A stretch of 64,000 nucleotides of DNA from Malacoraja senta (GCA_038087875.1 CM075989.1:868001-932000), one strand, 5' to 3'; numbered from the stretch's first letter, positions 46,791-60,214 are shown. Notes: generated from the letters alone by a model not told the origin. Translations and numbers: made by a program.

Positions 46791-49700
46791 GAGGCCCGAG
46801 AGCTGTTGGAGGGGTCACAGAGGGAGGAGCTACGCCCGAGCGGTAGGGGATAAAGTGGAGCGCGGGGCTTGCTTGTTCCTTACAGAGGCCCGAGAGCCGT
46901 TGGAGAGGTTGCAGAGGGAGGAGCTACACCCGAGCGGTAGGGGATAAAGTGAAGCGCGGGGCTTGCTTGTTCCTTACAGAGGCCCGAGAGCCGTTGGAGC
47001 AGTCGCAGAGGGAGGAGGAACCCAAATCTGAAACGTTCCAAGTTCCACTTCAAAACAAGTGGGCTTGAGGAAGCCGCTGATTGGTGGAAGCAGACAAGAT
47101 GGAGCAGCTGATTGGGAGTCAGATCCCTGCTGATTGTACTGTATTGTAGCAGTTGGTTTTGTATTGTATCCAGGGTAAGGGGAGTATGAGGGCCAGGGCA
47201 GTTTACTGTTCTGGATGTCAGATGTGGGAAGTCATGGAGTCTGATAGCCCTCCAGACGTCCACATCTGCGCCAGGTGTATCGAGATGGGGCTCCTAATGG
47301 ACCGTATTAGGAACCTGGAGCAGCAGCTCGATGAGCTCCGTCTGGTCAGGGAGAGCGAGGAAGTCATTGAGAGGAGTTACAGGGAGGTGGTCACTCCAAG
47401 ACCACAGGAGGCAGGCAAGTGGATCACGGTTGGGAGAGGCAAGGGGCACAGGCAGGGACTAGAGAGTACCCCGGTGGCTGTACACCTTGACAATAAGTAC
47501 TCCTGTTTGAGCACTGTTGGGGGGGACAGCCTACCTGGGGGTAGCGACAGCGGCCGGGCCTCCAGTATAGAGACCGGCCCTGTTGCTCAGAAGGGTAAGG
47601 AAAAGAAGAGGAGGGCAATAGTAATAGGGGACTCTATAGTTAGGGGGTCAGACAGGCGATTCTGTGGATGCAGTCGGGAGACCCGGATGGTAGTTTGTCT
47701 CCCTGGTGCCAGGGTCTGTGATGTGTCTCAACGTGTCCAAGATATCCTGAAGGGGCAGGGAGAGGAGCCCGAGGTCGTGCTACATATAGGTACCAATGAC
47801 ATAGGTAAAAAAAGAGAAGAGGTCCTGAAAGGAGAATTTAGGGAGTTAGGAGGGGATTTAAAGAGAAGGACAGCAAAGGTAACAATCTCGGGATTACTGC
47901 CTGTGCCGTGCGACAGTGAGAGCAGGAATGGAGCGAGGTGGAGGATAAATGCGTGGCTGAAGGACTGGTGCAGAAGGCAGGGATTCAAATTTCTGGATCA
48001 TTGGGACTTCTTTTTTGGAAGGTGCGACCTGTACAAAATGGATGGGTTGCACTTGAACCTGAGGGGGACCGATATCCTGGCGGGGAAATCTGCAAAGGCT
48101 ACTGGGGAGACTTTAAACTAGAATGGTTGGGGGGAGGGACTCAAATTGAGAATGCTATTAGATAGTGTGTGAGGCAGGAGGCAGAGAAGGAAAGCACTCA
48201 GACCCAACATGTAGGGGGGGAAAGAAGAAAACAATAATAAACAGAGAATAAGAGGTGGTGGGGTTCTTAAATGGGTGAGCAGAGAAACAGAGGGGTATAA
48301 AATGCGGGCGGAAGCAATAGGTAGCAAGGTGAAAAGTAAAAGTGGCAGGCAGACAAATCCAGGGCAAAAATCAAAAAGGGCCACTTTTCAACATAATTGT
48401 ATAAGGGGTAAGAGCGTTGTAAAAACAAGCCTGAAGACTTTGTGTCTCAATGCAAGGAACATTCGTAATAAGGTGGATGAGTTGAACGTGCAGACAGCAA
48501 TTAATGATTATGATATAGTTGGGATCACGGAGACATGGCTCCAGGGTGACCAAGGCTGGGAGCTGAACATCCAGGGATATTCAATATTCAGGAGGGATAG
48601 AGAGAAAGGAAAAGGAGGTGGGGTAGCGTTGCTGGTTAGAGAGGAGATTAACGCAGTGGAAAGGAAGGACATTAGCTTGGAGGATGTGGAATCGGTATGG
48701 GTAGAGCTGCGAAACACTAAGGGGCAGAAAACGCTGGTGGGTGTTGTGTACAGGCCACCTAGCAGTAGTAGTGAAGTTGGGGATGGCATCAAACAGGAAA
48801 TTAGAAATGCGTGCAACAAAGGCAAAACAGTTATAATGGGTGACTTCAATCTACATATAGATTGGGTGAATCAAATTGGCAGGGGTGCTGAGGAAGAGGA
48901 TTTCATGGAATGTATGCGGGATAGTTATCTAAACCAACATGTAGAGGAACCAACGAGAGAGCAGGCTATTCTAGACTGGGTATTGAGTAATGAGGAAGGG
49001 TTAGTTAGCAGTCTTGTTGTGCGTGCCCCCTTGGGGAAGAGTGACCATAATATGGTTGAGTTCTTCATTAGGATGGAGAGTGACATTGTTAATTCAGAAA
49101 CAACGGTTCTGAACTTAAAGAAAGGTAACTTTGAGGGTATGAGACGTGAATTGGCCAAGATTGACTGGCAATTAGTTCTAAAAGGGTTGACGGTGGATAT
49201 GCAATGGAAGGCATTTAAAGACTGCATGGATGAACTACAAAAATTGTTCACCCAGTTTGGCAAAAGAATAAATCAGGGAAGGTAGTGCATCTGTGGATAA
49301 CAAGGGAAATCAGGGATAGTATCAAAGCAAAAGATGATGCGTACAAATTAGCCAGATAAAGCAGCATACCAGAGGACTGGGAGAAATTCAGAGACCAGCA
49401 GAGGAGGACAAAGGGCTTAATTAGGAAAGGGAAAATAGATTATGAAAGAAAACTGGCAGGGAACATAAATACTGACTGCAAAAGTTTTTATAGATATGTG
49501 AAGAGAAAGAGATTAGTTAAAACAAATGTAGGTCCCTTGCAGTCAGAAACAGGTGAATTGATCATGGGGAACAAGGTTATGGCAGACCAATTGAATAACT
49601 ACTTTGGTTCCGTCTTCACTAAGGAAGACATAAATAATCTGCCGGAAATAGCAGGGGGTCAAAGGAGATGGAGGAACTGAGTGAAATCCAGGTTAGTCGG

Positions 49701-51322
49701 GAAGTGGTGTTGGGTAAATTGAATGGATTAAAGGCCGATAAATCACCAGGGCCAGATAGGCTGCATCCCAGAGTACTTAAGGAAGTACCTCCAGAAATAG
49801 TGGAAGCATTAGTGATAATTTTTCAAAACTCTTTAGATTCTGGAGTAGTTCCTGAGGATTGGAGGGTAGCAAACGTAACCCCACTTTTTACGAAGGGAGG
49901 GAGAGAGAAAACGGGGAATTACAGACCAGTTAGTCTAACATCGGTAGTGGGGAAACTGCTAGAGTCAGTTATTAAAGATGGGATAGCAGCACATTTGGAA
50001 AGTGGTGAAATCATTGGACAAAGTCAGCATGGATTTACGAAAGGTAAATCGTGTCTGACGAACCTTATAGAATTTTTCGAGGATGTAACTAGTAGAGTGG
50101 ATAGGGGAGAACCAGTGGATGTGTTGTATCTGGACTTTCAGAAGGCTTTCGACAAGGTACCACATAAGAGATTAGTATACAAACTTAAAGCACACGGTAT
50201 TGGGGGTTCAGTATTGATGTGGATAGAGAACTGGCTGGCAAATAGGAAGCAAAGAGTAGGAGTAACGGGTCCTTTTCACAATGGCAGGCAGTGACTAGTG
50301 GGGTACCGCAAGGCTCAGAGCTGGGACCTCAGCTTTTTACAATTTATATTAATGAACTGGATGAGGGAATTGAAGGCAACATCTCCAAGTTTGCAGATGA
50401 CTAAGCTGGGGGGCAGTGTTAGCTGTGAGGAGGATGCTAGGAGACTGCAAGGTGACTTGGATAGGCTGGGTGAGTGGGCAAATGTTTGGCAGATGCTGTA
50501 TAATGTGGATAAATGTGAGGTTATCCACTTTGGTGGCAAAAACAGGAAAGCAAACTATTATCTAAATGGTGGCCGATTAGGAAATGGGGAGATGCAGCAA
50601 GACCTGGGTGTCATGGTACACCAGTCATTGAAAGTAGGCATGCAGGTGCACCAGGCAGTGAAGAAAGCGAATGGTATGTTAGCTCTCATAGCAAAAGGAT
50701 TTGAGAATAGGAGCAGGGAGGTTCTACTGCAGTTGTACAGGGTCTTGGTGAGACCACACCTGGAGTATTGCGTACAGTTTTGGTCTCCAAATCTGAGGTA
50801 GAACATTATAGCCATAGAGGGAGTGCAGAGAAGGTTCACCAGACTGATTCCTGGGATGTCAGGACTTTCATATGAAGAAAGACTGGATAGGCTTGGTTTA
50901 TACTCGCTAGAATTTAGGAGATTGAGAGGGGATCTTATAGAAACGTACAAAATTCTTATGGGGTTGGACAGGCTAGATGCAGGAAGATTGTTCCCGATGT
51001 TGGGGAAGTCCAGGACAAGGGGCCACAGCTTAAGGATAAGGGGGAAATCCTTTAAGACCGAGATGAGGAAAAACTTTTTCACACAGAGAGTGGTGAATCT
51101 CTGGAACTCTCTGCCACAGAGGGTAGTTGAGGCCAGTTCATTGGCTATATTTAAGAGGGAGTTAGATGTGGCCCTTGTGGCTAAATGGATTAGGGGGTAT
51201 GGAGAGAAGGCAGGTACGGGATACTGAGTTGGATGATCAGCCATGATCATATTGAATGGCGGTGCTGGCTCGAAGGGCCGAATGGCCTAGTCCTGCACCT
51301 ATTTTCTATGTATCTATGTATC
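46791..51322 (+). mobile_element. Full-length CR1 LINE (94-bp 5' monomers, ORF1, frameshifted ORF2)
   Basis: 5' UTR repeats; ORF1 at 47186-48121; ORF2 at ~48430-51227 in several frames; (CTATGTAT)n tail. Confidence 0.95.
47186..48121 (+). CDS. CR1 ORF1: zinc finger, coiled coil and SGNH esterase domain (open)
   Basis: CSGCQMWEV..HICARC, GDSIVRG, HIGTND and DGLHLN motifs. Confidence 0.85.
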   Translation: MRARAVYCSGCQMWEVMESDSPPDVHICARCIEMGLLMDRIRNLEQQLDELRLVRESEEVIERSYREVVTPRPQEAGKWITVGRGKGHRQGLESTPVAVHLDNKYSCLSTVGGDSLPGGSDSGRASSIETGPVAQKGKEKKRRAIVIGDSIVRGSDRRFCGCSRETRMVVCLPGARVCDVSQRVQDILKGQGEEPEVVLHIGTNDIGKKREEVLKGEFRELGGDLKRRTAKVTISGLLPVPCDSESRNGARWRINAWLKDWCRRQGFKFLDHWDFFFGRCDLYKMDGLHLNLRGTDILAGKSAKATGETLN

Positions 51323-52815
51323 TAAGTTATGGTGTAGGTGCAGTGATCTCCCATGTAATGAATGACGGGCAGGAAAAGCTTATTGCTTTTGCATCCCGCA
51401 CCCTGTCATCGAGTGAACGCAACTATGCGCAGATAGAAAAGGAAGCACTCAGCATCGTGTTCGGAATCAAGAAATTCCATCAGTTTCATCTCGGCAGACC
51501 ATTCACCCTGGTGACTGATCACAAGCCACTACTAGTGATACTGGGTCCCAAGTCAGCTATACCTTCCATGGCGGCATCAAGGATGCAGCTCTGGGCAATT
51601 TTGCTGTCCCGGTATGACTACAAGGTGGAGTACAGAAGCTCCAAGTGCAACTGCAAGTTGTAGATGAAGACTTTCCTGTGACTGCAACAGAAATTGCAGC
51701 AGAAACAGAGAAAGACACTGTGCTGAAGTGGGTCTATGAACAAACATTGAACGGATGGATTGAAATCGATTGTGGATTGAACTCAGTTCTGAACTCAGAG
51801 CTGAAGCCTTTCCATAATCGATGCCATGAATTATCATGTGAGCAGGGATGTGTTAAGTGGGGTTACAGAGTGGTTGTACCAGAGTCTTTGAGAAACAAAA
51901 TTATGAACGAACTTCATGCCGAACATCCTGGTATAGTAAGCATGAAGTCAATTGCCAGAAGTTTTGTGTATTGGCCTGGTATTGACAGTGACATTCAGTC
52001 ACTGGTGAGCAAATGTAGCATCTGCCAAAATTGCCGGAGTAAACCACCAAAAACACCACTGCAACCCTGGTCATGGCCAAGTAGACATTTTCAGATAGTT
52101 CATGTAGATTTTTGCGAAAAGGGTAATGATCACTTTCTGGTGCTGTTAGATAGTCATTCCAAATGGATTGAGGTTAAACATATGGGGTCAAGCACTACTA
52201 CTGAGCGTACCATAGATGAGATCATTGAGATCAATTTTTGCATGCCATGGTTTACCGGAAGAACTTGTTTCTGATAATGGGCCTCAGTTTCGTTCAGAAC
52301 AGTTCAAAGAGTTCATGCAGCGGAATGGTGTAAAACACACACTTGTTCCCCCATACCATCCAGCCTCCAACGGGGTGGCGGAACGGTCTGTTAGAGTTGT
52401 CAAAGACGCTCTCAAGAAACAGGTTTTGCAGGGTTCAAAGCTCAGCATGAAACATCGTTTGGCTAGTTTCTTGCTGAAGTACAGAACCACACAACACACA
52501 ACAACAGGTTACTCACCTGCAGAACTGTTGATGATGAGAAGGCTAAGAATACGCCTAAGTCTAGTTCAACACAATATGGCTTTGAGCGTTGAACAAAAAC
52601 AATTAAGTCAGAAATGCCATTTTGACTCCCACAAAAAGGAGAGGTACTTCAAGCCAGATGAGCAGGTTTGTGTTCTCAGTCCTCCCAACAAGTCCAGTCG
52701 AGACAAATGGGATGTTGGGAAAATAGTGGAAGTGTGTGGAACAAAAAGATACTTGGTTGAAGTGGGAGATAGGATCAAAAGTGTTCATGTTGATCAAATG
52801 ATTCCAGCCAAAGAT

Positions 52816-55800
52816 ACATAGATACATAGAAAATAGGTGCAGGAGTAGGCCATTCGGCCCTTCGAGCCTGCACCGCCATTCAATATGATCATGGCTGATC
52901 ATCCAACTCAGTATCCCGTACCTGCCTTCTCTCCATACCCCCTGATCCCTTTAGCCACAAGGGCCACATCTAACTCCCTCTTAAATATAGCCAATGAACT
53001 GGCCTCAACTACCCTCTGTGGCAGAGAGTTCCAGAGATTCACCACTCTCTGTGTGAAAAAGTTTTTTCTCATCTCGGTCTTAAAGGATTTCCCCCTTATG
53101 CTTAAGCTGTGACCCCTTGTCCTGGACTTCCCCAACATCGGGAACAATCTTCCTGCATCTAGCCTGTCCAACCCCATAAGAATTTTGTAAGTTTCTATAA
53201 GATCCCCTCTCAATCTCCTAAATTCTAGCGAGTATAAGCCGAGTCTATTCAGTCTTTCTTCATATGAAAGTCCTGACATCCCAGGAGTCAGTCTGGTGAA
53301 CCTTCTCTGCACTCACTCTATGGCTATAATGTCCTTCCTCAGATTTGGAGACCAAAACAGTACACAATACTCCAGGTGTGGTCTCACCAAGACCCTGTAC
53401 AATACAATACAATTTATTTGTCTTTTGGACAAATTTGTCATTTGGACCCTTGAGGTCCAAACGAAATGTCGTTTCTGCAGCCATACATTACAAACGAAGA
53501 AGACCCGAGACACAACACAATTTACACATACATCCATCACAGCGCTGTGATGGAAGGCAAAAAAACGTATCTCTCCACTGCACTCCCCCCCCGATGTCAG
53601 AGTCAAAGTCAAAGCCCCCGGCGGGCGATGGTGATTGTCCCGCGGCCATTAAAGCCACGCCGGTTAATGCAGGGTCGCTCACCGGGTCTTTGTGTTAGAG
53701 CCCCGGCGCGCGCTCGCAAAGTCCGGCGGCCATTCCAAGCCGTGCGGGGGGACATAGCCCAGCTCCAGGTGCTCTTCAACCCCGCAACTCGGGCGGGAGA
53801 AGTCGCCGCTGCGGAAGCCCCGAAAAGCGGTCTCCCAGTGTTGCCGTCCGCCAGACCCGCGGTTGTACCCTCCGAATCTCCAGGGGTCGGGTCGCAGCAG
53901 CGCTCCACCACAGCTCCACCTGCTCCGGACTCGGCCAGCCCCGTGACGGTGAGTAGTCCGCAGCTCCGCAACTGGAGCCCCAGGTTGTTCCTGCTGGAGG
54001 CCGCTCCACGTTGCACAGCTCCAACGACAACGGCAACGGAGACCCGACAAAGAAAAGGTTGGGTCTCCCGTGCAGGGGAAAGATTTTAAAGTCCCCCCCC
54101 CCACCCCCACCCCCACCCCCACCCCCCCCACACACATACCCCGACAAAAAAAACAAAAAAAAACTACATAAAAACTGCAAAAATAATAAAAAGACAGACG
54201 GACTGCAGAGGCCGCTGCAAACGAGAGTCGCGCCGCCCACCGATTGCAGTAGAACTGCAGTAGAACCTCCCTGCTCCTATACTCAAATCCTTTTGCTATG
54301 AAAGCTAACATACCATTCGCTTTCTTCACTGCCTGCTGCACCTCCATGCCTACTTTCAATGACTGGTGTACCATGACACCCAGGTCTCGCTGCATCTCCC
54401 CTTTTCCTAATCGGCCACCATTTAGATAATAGTCTGCTTTCCCGTTTTTGCCACCAAAGTGGATAACCTCACATTTATCCACATTATACTGCATCTGCCA
54501 AACATTTGCACACTCACCCACCCTATCCAAGTCACCTTGCAGTCTCCTAGCATCCTCTTCACAGCTAACACTGCCCACCCAGCTTAGTGTCATCCGCAAA
54601 CTTGGAGATGTTGCCTTCAATTCCCTCATCCAGTTCATTAATATAAATTGTAAATAGCTGGGGTCCCAGCACTGAGCCTTGCGGTACCCCACTAGTCACT
54701 GCCTGCCATTGTGAAAAGGACCCGTTTACTCCTGCTCTTTGCTTCCTGTTTGCCAGCCAGTTCTCTATCCACATCAATACTGAACCCCCAATACCGTGTG
54801 CTTTAAGTTTGTATATTAATCTCTTATGTGGGACCTTGTCGAAAGCCTTCTGAAAGTCCAGATACAACACATCCACTGGTTCTCCCCTATCCACTCTACT
54901 AGTTACATCCTCGAAAAATTCTATAAGATTCGTCAGACATGATTTACCTTTCGTAAATCCATGCTGACTTTGTCCAATGATTTCACCACTTTCCAAATGT
55001 GCTGCTATCCCATCTATAATAACTGACTCTAGCAGTTTCCCCACTACTGATGTTAGACTAACTGGTCTGTAATTCCCCGTTTTCTCTCTCCCTCCCTTCT
55101 TAAAAAGTTGGGTTACGTTTGCTACCCTCCAATCCTCAGGAACTACTCCAGAATCTAAAGAATTTTGAAAAATTATCACTAATGCATCCACTATTTCTGG
55201 AGCTACTTCCTTAAGTACTCTGGGATGCAGCCTATCTTGCCCTGGTGATTTATCGGCCTTTAATCCATACAATTTACCCAACACCACATCCCGACTACCC
55301 TGGATTTCACTCAGTTCCTCCATCTCCTTTGACCCGCGGGCCCCTGCTATTTCCGGCAGATTATTTATGTCTTCCTTAGTGAAGACGGAACCAAAGTAGT
55401 TATTTAATTGGTCCGCCATATCCTTGTTCCCCATGATCAATTCATCTGATTCTGACTGCAAGGGACCTACATTTGTTTTAACTAATCTCTTTCTCTTCAC
55501 ATATCTATAAAAACTTTTGCAGTCAGTTTATATGTTCCCTGCCAGTTTTCTTTCGTAATCTATTTTCCCTTTCCTAATTAAGCCCTTTGTCCTCCTCTGC
55601 TGGTCCCTGAATTTCTCCCAGTCCTCTGGTATGCTGCTTTTTCTGGCTAATTTGTACGCATCATCTTTTGCTTTGATACTATCCCTGATTTCCCTTGTTA
55701 TCCACGGATGCACTACATTCCCTGATTTATTCTTTTGCCAAACTTGGATGACCAATTTTTGTAGTTCATCCATGCAGTCTTTAAATGCCTTCCATTGCAT

Positions 55801-58102
55801 ATCCACCGTCAACCCTTTTAGAACTAATTGCCAGTCAATCTTGGCCAATTCACGTCTCATACCCTCAAAGTTACCTTTCTTTAAGTTCAGAACCATTTTT
55901 TCTGAATTAACAATGTCACTCTCCATCCTAATGAAGAACTCAACCATATTATGGTCACTCTTGCCCAAGGGGGCACGCACAACAAGACTGCTAACTAACC
56001 CTTCCTCATTACTCAATACCCAGTCTAGAAAAGCCTACTCTCTCGTTGGTTCCTCTACATGTTGGTTTAGATAACTATCCCGCAAACATTCCAAGAAATC
56101 CTCTTCCGCAGCACCCTGCCAATTTGATTCGCCCAATCTATATGTAGATTGAAGTCACCCATTATAACTGTTTTGCCTTTGTTGCACGCATTTCTAATTT
56201 CCTGTTTGATGCATCCCCAACTTCACTACTACTGCTAGGTGGCCTGTACACAACACCCACCAGCGTTTTCTGCCCCTTAGTGTTTCGCAGCTCTACCCAT
56301 ACCAATTCCACATCCTCCAAGCTAATGTCCTTCCTTTCCACTGCGTTAATCTCCTCTCTAACCAGCAACGCTACCCCACCTCCTTTTCCTTTGTCTCTAT
56401 CCCTCCTGGATATTGAATATCCCTGGATGTTCAGCTCTCAGCCTTGGTCACCCTGGAGCCATGTCTCCGTGATCCCAACTATATCATAATCATTAATAGC
56501 TATCTGCACGTTCAACTCATCCACCTTATTACGAATGCTCCTTGCATTGAGACACAAAGCCTCCAGGCTTGTTTTTACAACGCTCTTACCCCTTTTACAA
56601 TTATGTTGAAAAGTGGCCCTTTTTGAATTTTGTCCTGGATTTGTCTGCCTGCCACTTTTACTTTTCACCTTGCTACCTATTGCTTCCACTCGCATTTTGC
56701 ACCCCTCTGTTTCTCTGCTCACCCATTTAAGAACCCCACCACCTCTTATTCTCTGTTTATTATTGTTTTCTTCTTTCCCCCCTACATGTTGGGTCTGAGT
56801 GCTTTCCTTCTCTGCCTCATGCCTCACACACTGTCTAATAGCTTTCTCTATTTGAGTCCCTCCCCCCAACCGTTCTAGTTTAAAGTCTCCCCGGTTGCCT
56901 TTGCAAATCTCCCCGCCAGGATATTGGTCCCCCTCAGGTTCAAGTGCAACCCATCCTTTTTGTACAGGTCGCACCTTCCACAAAAGAGGTCCCAATGATC
57001 CAGAAATTTGAATACCTGCCCTCTGCACCAGTCGTTCAGCCACGCATTTATCCTCCACCTCGCTCCATTCCTACTCTCACTGTCGCGTGGCACAGGCAGT
57101 AATCCCGAGATTGTTACCTTTGCTGTCTTTCTCCTTAACTCCCCTCCTAACACCCTAAATTCTCCTTTCAGGACCTCTTCTCCTTTTTTACCTATGTCAT
57201 TGGTACCTATATGTATCACGACCTCGGGCTCCTCTCCCTCCCTTTTCAGGATATCTTGGACACGTTGAGACACATCACAGACCCTGGCACCAGGGAGGCA
57301 AACTACCATCCGGGTCTCCCGACTGCATCCACAGAATCGCCTGTCTGACCCCCTAACTATAGAGTCCCCTATTACTAATGCCCTCCTCTTCTTTTCCTTA
57401 CCCTTCTGAGCAACAGGACCGGTCTCTGTACCGGAGGCCCAGCCGCTGTCGCTACCTCCAGGTAGGCTGTCCCCCCCAACAGTACTCAAACAGGAGTACT
57501 TATTGTCAAGGTGTACAGCCACCGGGGTACTCTCTAGTCCCTGCCTGTGCCCCTTGCCTCTCCCAACCGTGACCCACTTGCCTGCCTCCTGTGGTCTTGG
57601 AGTGATCACTTCCCTGTAACTCCTCTCAATGACTTCCTCGCTCTCCCTGACCAGACGGAGGTCATCGAGCTGCTGCTCCAGGTTCCTAATACGGTCCCTT
57701 AGGAGCCCCATCTCGATGCACCTGGCGCAGATGTGGACATCTGTAAGGCTGTCAGATTCCTTGATCTCTCACGTCTGACATCCAGAACAACAAACTGCCC
57801 TGGCACTCATACTCCCCTTACCTATGATACAATACAAAACAAACTGCTACAATACAATCAGCAGGGATCTGACTCCCAATCAGCTGCTCCCTCTTGTCTG
57901 CTTCCACCAATCAGCGGCTTCCTTATGCCCACTTGTTTTTGAAGTGCGAGTGGAACTTGGAACTTTGCAGATTTCGGTTCCTCCTCCCTCTGCGACCGCT
58001 CCAACGGCACTCGGGCCTCTGTAAGAAGCAAGCCCCGTGCTCCACTTTAACTCCTAATGCTCGGGTGTAGCTCCTCCCTCTGCAACCTCTCCAACCGCTC
58101 TC
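52816..58102 (-). mobile_element. Full-length CR1 LINE, same family as 46791-51322, interrupted at 53403-54243
   Basis: ORF1 at ~57810-56875, ORF2 fragments, 5' monomer at ~57980-58102; GAT on both flanks. Confidence 0.95.
53403..54243 (-). mobile_element. GC-rich non-coding retroposon related to 9670-10556
   Basis: (ATTGT)n tail with AATAAA on the minus strand; shared 5' motif GGCGGCGC...GCAGCGGC..CTGCAGTCCGTCTG. Confidence 0.65.
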
Positions 58103-58999
58103 GATGAACCAAAAACTGAACATGAAGTCCTAATCCCAGAGTCTTTATCGGAAAGTGAGTTGGAAGAGCAAACTGTGATTGAAACACAAAGTTCAGTCAG
58201 TACAGACAAAGAAACAGATTCCTCTGGTCAAAGTCATAGTACTAAAACAGAGCCAAACAAGCCTACAGTTGAGTCAACACCTAAACGTGTTACAGCTGTT
58301 ACTGTTAGACAATCAGGCAGGATACATAAACCAGTAGTCAGATTAGGTTTTTAAGTTAAGTAACTCACTGTCTAGGTAGAATGAAAATGTGTAAATATGT
58401 AAAATAAATATACTGTCTTATCATTTAAAATTTAATGAACACTGGTTTAAATCAAGTATCATAACAAGAAAATTGTAACTGTGTACTTAGATTTAATACT
58501 TAAAAAAGGGAGAGCAGTGTAATGTTTTCATGCATATTCATTATATGCTAATGAGTTGGTTTTGTATATAAGTAGGGAATGTTGGGTAACAAAACTCTCT
58601 TGTGATCCAGCCAGCCTGCGTGTAAGTTATTGTTCATTCTGCTCTCCGGAATATAACAAGTTTGATCTTTATTTTATGAGGAGTTACGATGAGCGATTAC
58701 GTGCCCTCCGCTCCCAACCCTCGTATCATAAACATCACTCGGTAGTTCTAGTTCCCTCAAATCTTACTATATTCAGTTCAACAACTGTTATCTGTGATTT
58801 CACACTGTTGCTGTGAAAGTTGACGCGCATGCGTGCTGACGGCCTTCTTCACGTAATCGCTCATCGTAACTCCTCATAAAATAAATATCAAACTTCAAAC
58901 TGGTAAGTTCTCGTTTAATCTTACTATTCCCCCTAATGTGTAGGATACTGCTAATGTATGGGTTCATCGTTGGCCCTATCATACTGCCCTGTACTCTTA

Positions 59000-59372
59000 A
59001 GGGCCTGTCCCATGAGCATGCGACTGCTCCTAACGTGGTCGCATGAGCCGTACGGCCTCGCGGGGCCGGTCCCACTTTGATCGCTGGAGCCGTATGGAGT
59101 TGTGCGGAGCTGGTCCCAACATCGCGCGGGGCTCCGACAAACTGACAGTGTTCAAAAATCCCGCGCGGCAAAGGCCTGCCGACCCGCAGCCGCCTCGACG
59201 CCGTACGCACCGCCTCGATGGGCGTGCGCAGCGTCTTGACTCCATACGTCACGCGCGAACTTCCCGCGGACTTCGCTCGAACTTCACGTCAATCACTCGA
59301 CCTCCGCGTGGCCCCCGCTTCCGGTTAGGTCGCGCTTGCCGCATGCAGTCGCATGCTCGTGGGACAGGCCCT
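59000..59372. mobile_element. PIF/Harbinger-type MITE related to 32199-32684
   Basis: TIR AGGGCCTGTCCCATGAGCATGCGACTGC; TTA at 58997-58999 and 59373-59375. Confidence 0.88.
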
Positions 59373-59375
59373 TTA

Positions 59376-59865
59376 AGGCTCTGTCTCACGGTGTTGCGGT
59401 CATCGGCGGTGAAGCGCGGCGTCGCCGATAGTGGGGACCGCACGGCAATGGCGAGAGCGCCGAGCCTATGCCACGGGAGCGCCGCACGGATGCTGCGCGG
59501 GGGCCGAGTGATTTAAGTACGGCTGGTCCCACGAGCTTGCAGTAAGTTAAAAACAAAGGGCGGGCCGACTGCGATGACGTCATTTCGGATCTGCGGGGCT
59601 GTGGCGGCGGCAGTGCTGATCGCGGCGCTGTGGTGGCGGCTGTGGCGGCGGCCGTGCCGCACTCGTGCATCACTGGCGGCGGCTGTGCGGTAGGAAAATA
59701 TTTTTCAACAGTGTTGGTTTTATTTTAGCACCGGGCGGTGTTGGGAACAACGCCGCACGGCCCCGGAATTGTGCGTTTGACCGAGCCCGCGGTCTCTGGC
59801 GGCCCAGGAGCGGTAGATAGTTCCTGTTTCGCCGCCAATGACCGCAGACTCGTGCGACAGGCCTT
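59376..59865. mobile_element. PIF/Harbinger-type MITE, inverted relative of 690-1293
   Basis: AGGCTCTGTCTCAC ... GTGCGACAGGCCTT; TWA flanks. Confidence 0.85.
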
Positions 59866-59872
59866 TAACTCT

Positions 59873-59950
59873 CACACACACACAAACACACATAAACAAA
59901 CACACACACGTATGCACACCCGCACACGCACGTACGCACACATGCACGCA

Positions 59951-59982
<32 letters not shown>
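59873..59982. repeat. Imperfect (CA)n microsatellite
   Basis: Seen directly. Confidence 0.95.
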
Positions 59983-59985
<3 letters not shown>

Positions 59986-60214
59986 CTGTCCTTCACTCGT
60001 CTACCACAGCTTCCTTACATCGCTACCCCTTTTCCTTTTCTGGGAGAGAAGGGTATGGTCCCGATGCCATGTCTGCAGAACCTTAATAATGAGAGAAAAC
60101 ATGTTTATTCCAAACTAAATTAAATGGAATTTTCCGATGAACCTCAATTGTTAAAAATGCTAAAGCCTCCTGTCGTTCTCTCACTCTCTCAATGTCGGCT
60201 TCATACTCGTTCAG

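Larger units (their letters stand above)
43865..52815 (+). pseudogene. Gypsy pol (PR-RT-RNH-IN), frameshifted and interrupted by three insertions
   Basis: LCGDYK, LDLSHAY, YQDD, LACDA, YAQIEKEAL, TDHKPL, HxxHPG..CxxC, VSDNGPQF and AERSV motifs. Confidence 0.9.
42330..58658 (+). mobile_element. Gypsy/Ty3 LTR retrotransposon (Mag-like), full outline
   Basis: 141-bp TG..CA LTRs at 42330-42470 and 58518-58658 (6 mismatches by eye); 5-bp TSD AGTTT; PBS at 42475; PPT at 58502-58517; domain order gag-PR-RT-RNH-IN. Confidence 0.95.
33869..58928 (+). mobile_element. DIRS1-type retrotransposon, complete outline (ITR, gag?, RT/RNH/MT, YR, ICR, ITR), decayed and heavily nested
   Basis: Left ITR from 33869 is inverted relative to 58821-58856. 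Degenerate RT (NGLTSATRLFTKLLKP, LDDIL), RNase H (TDAS, VAYVSHMG), DMFAS and YR (MALISAQRVQ, STRAATTS) at ~39740-42030. ICR at 42262-42329 plus 58664-58703. ATT at both ends. Confidence 0.88.

Noticed and set aside
53466..54301. GC-rich ORFs here and at 700-1160, 9736-10477, 21961-22653 and 59030-59673
   Set aside because: Overlapping frames in stop-poor GC-rich TE sequence with no recognisable domains.
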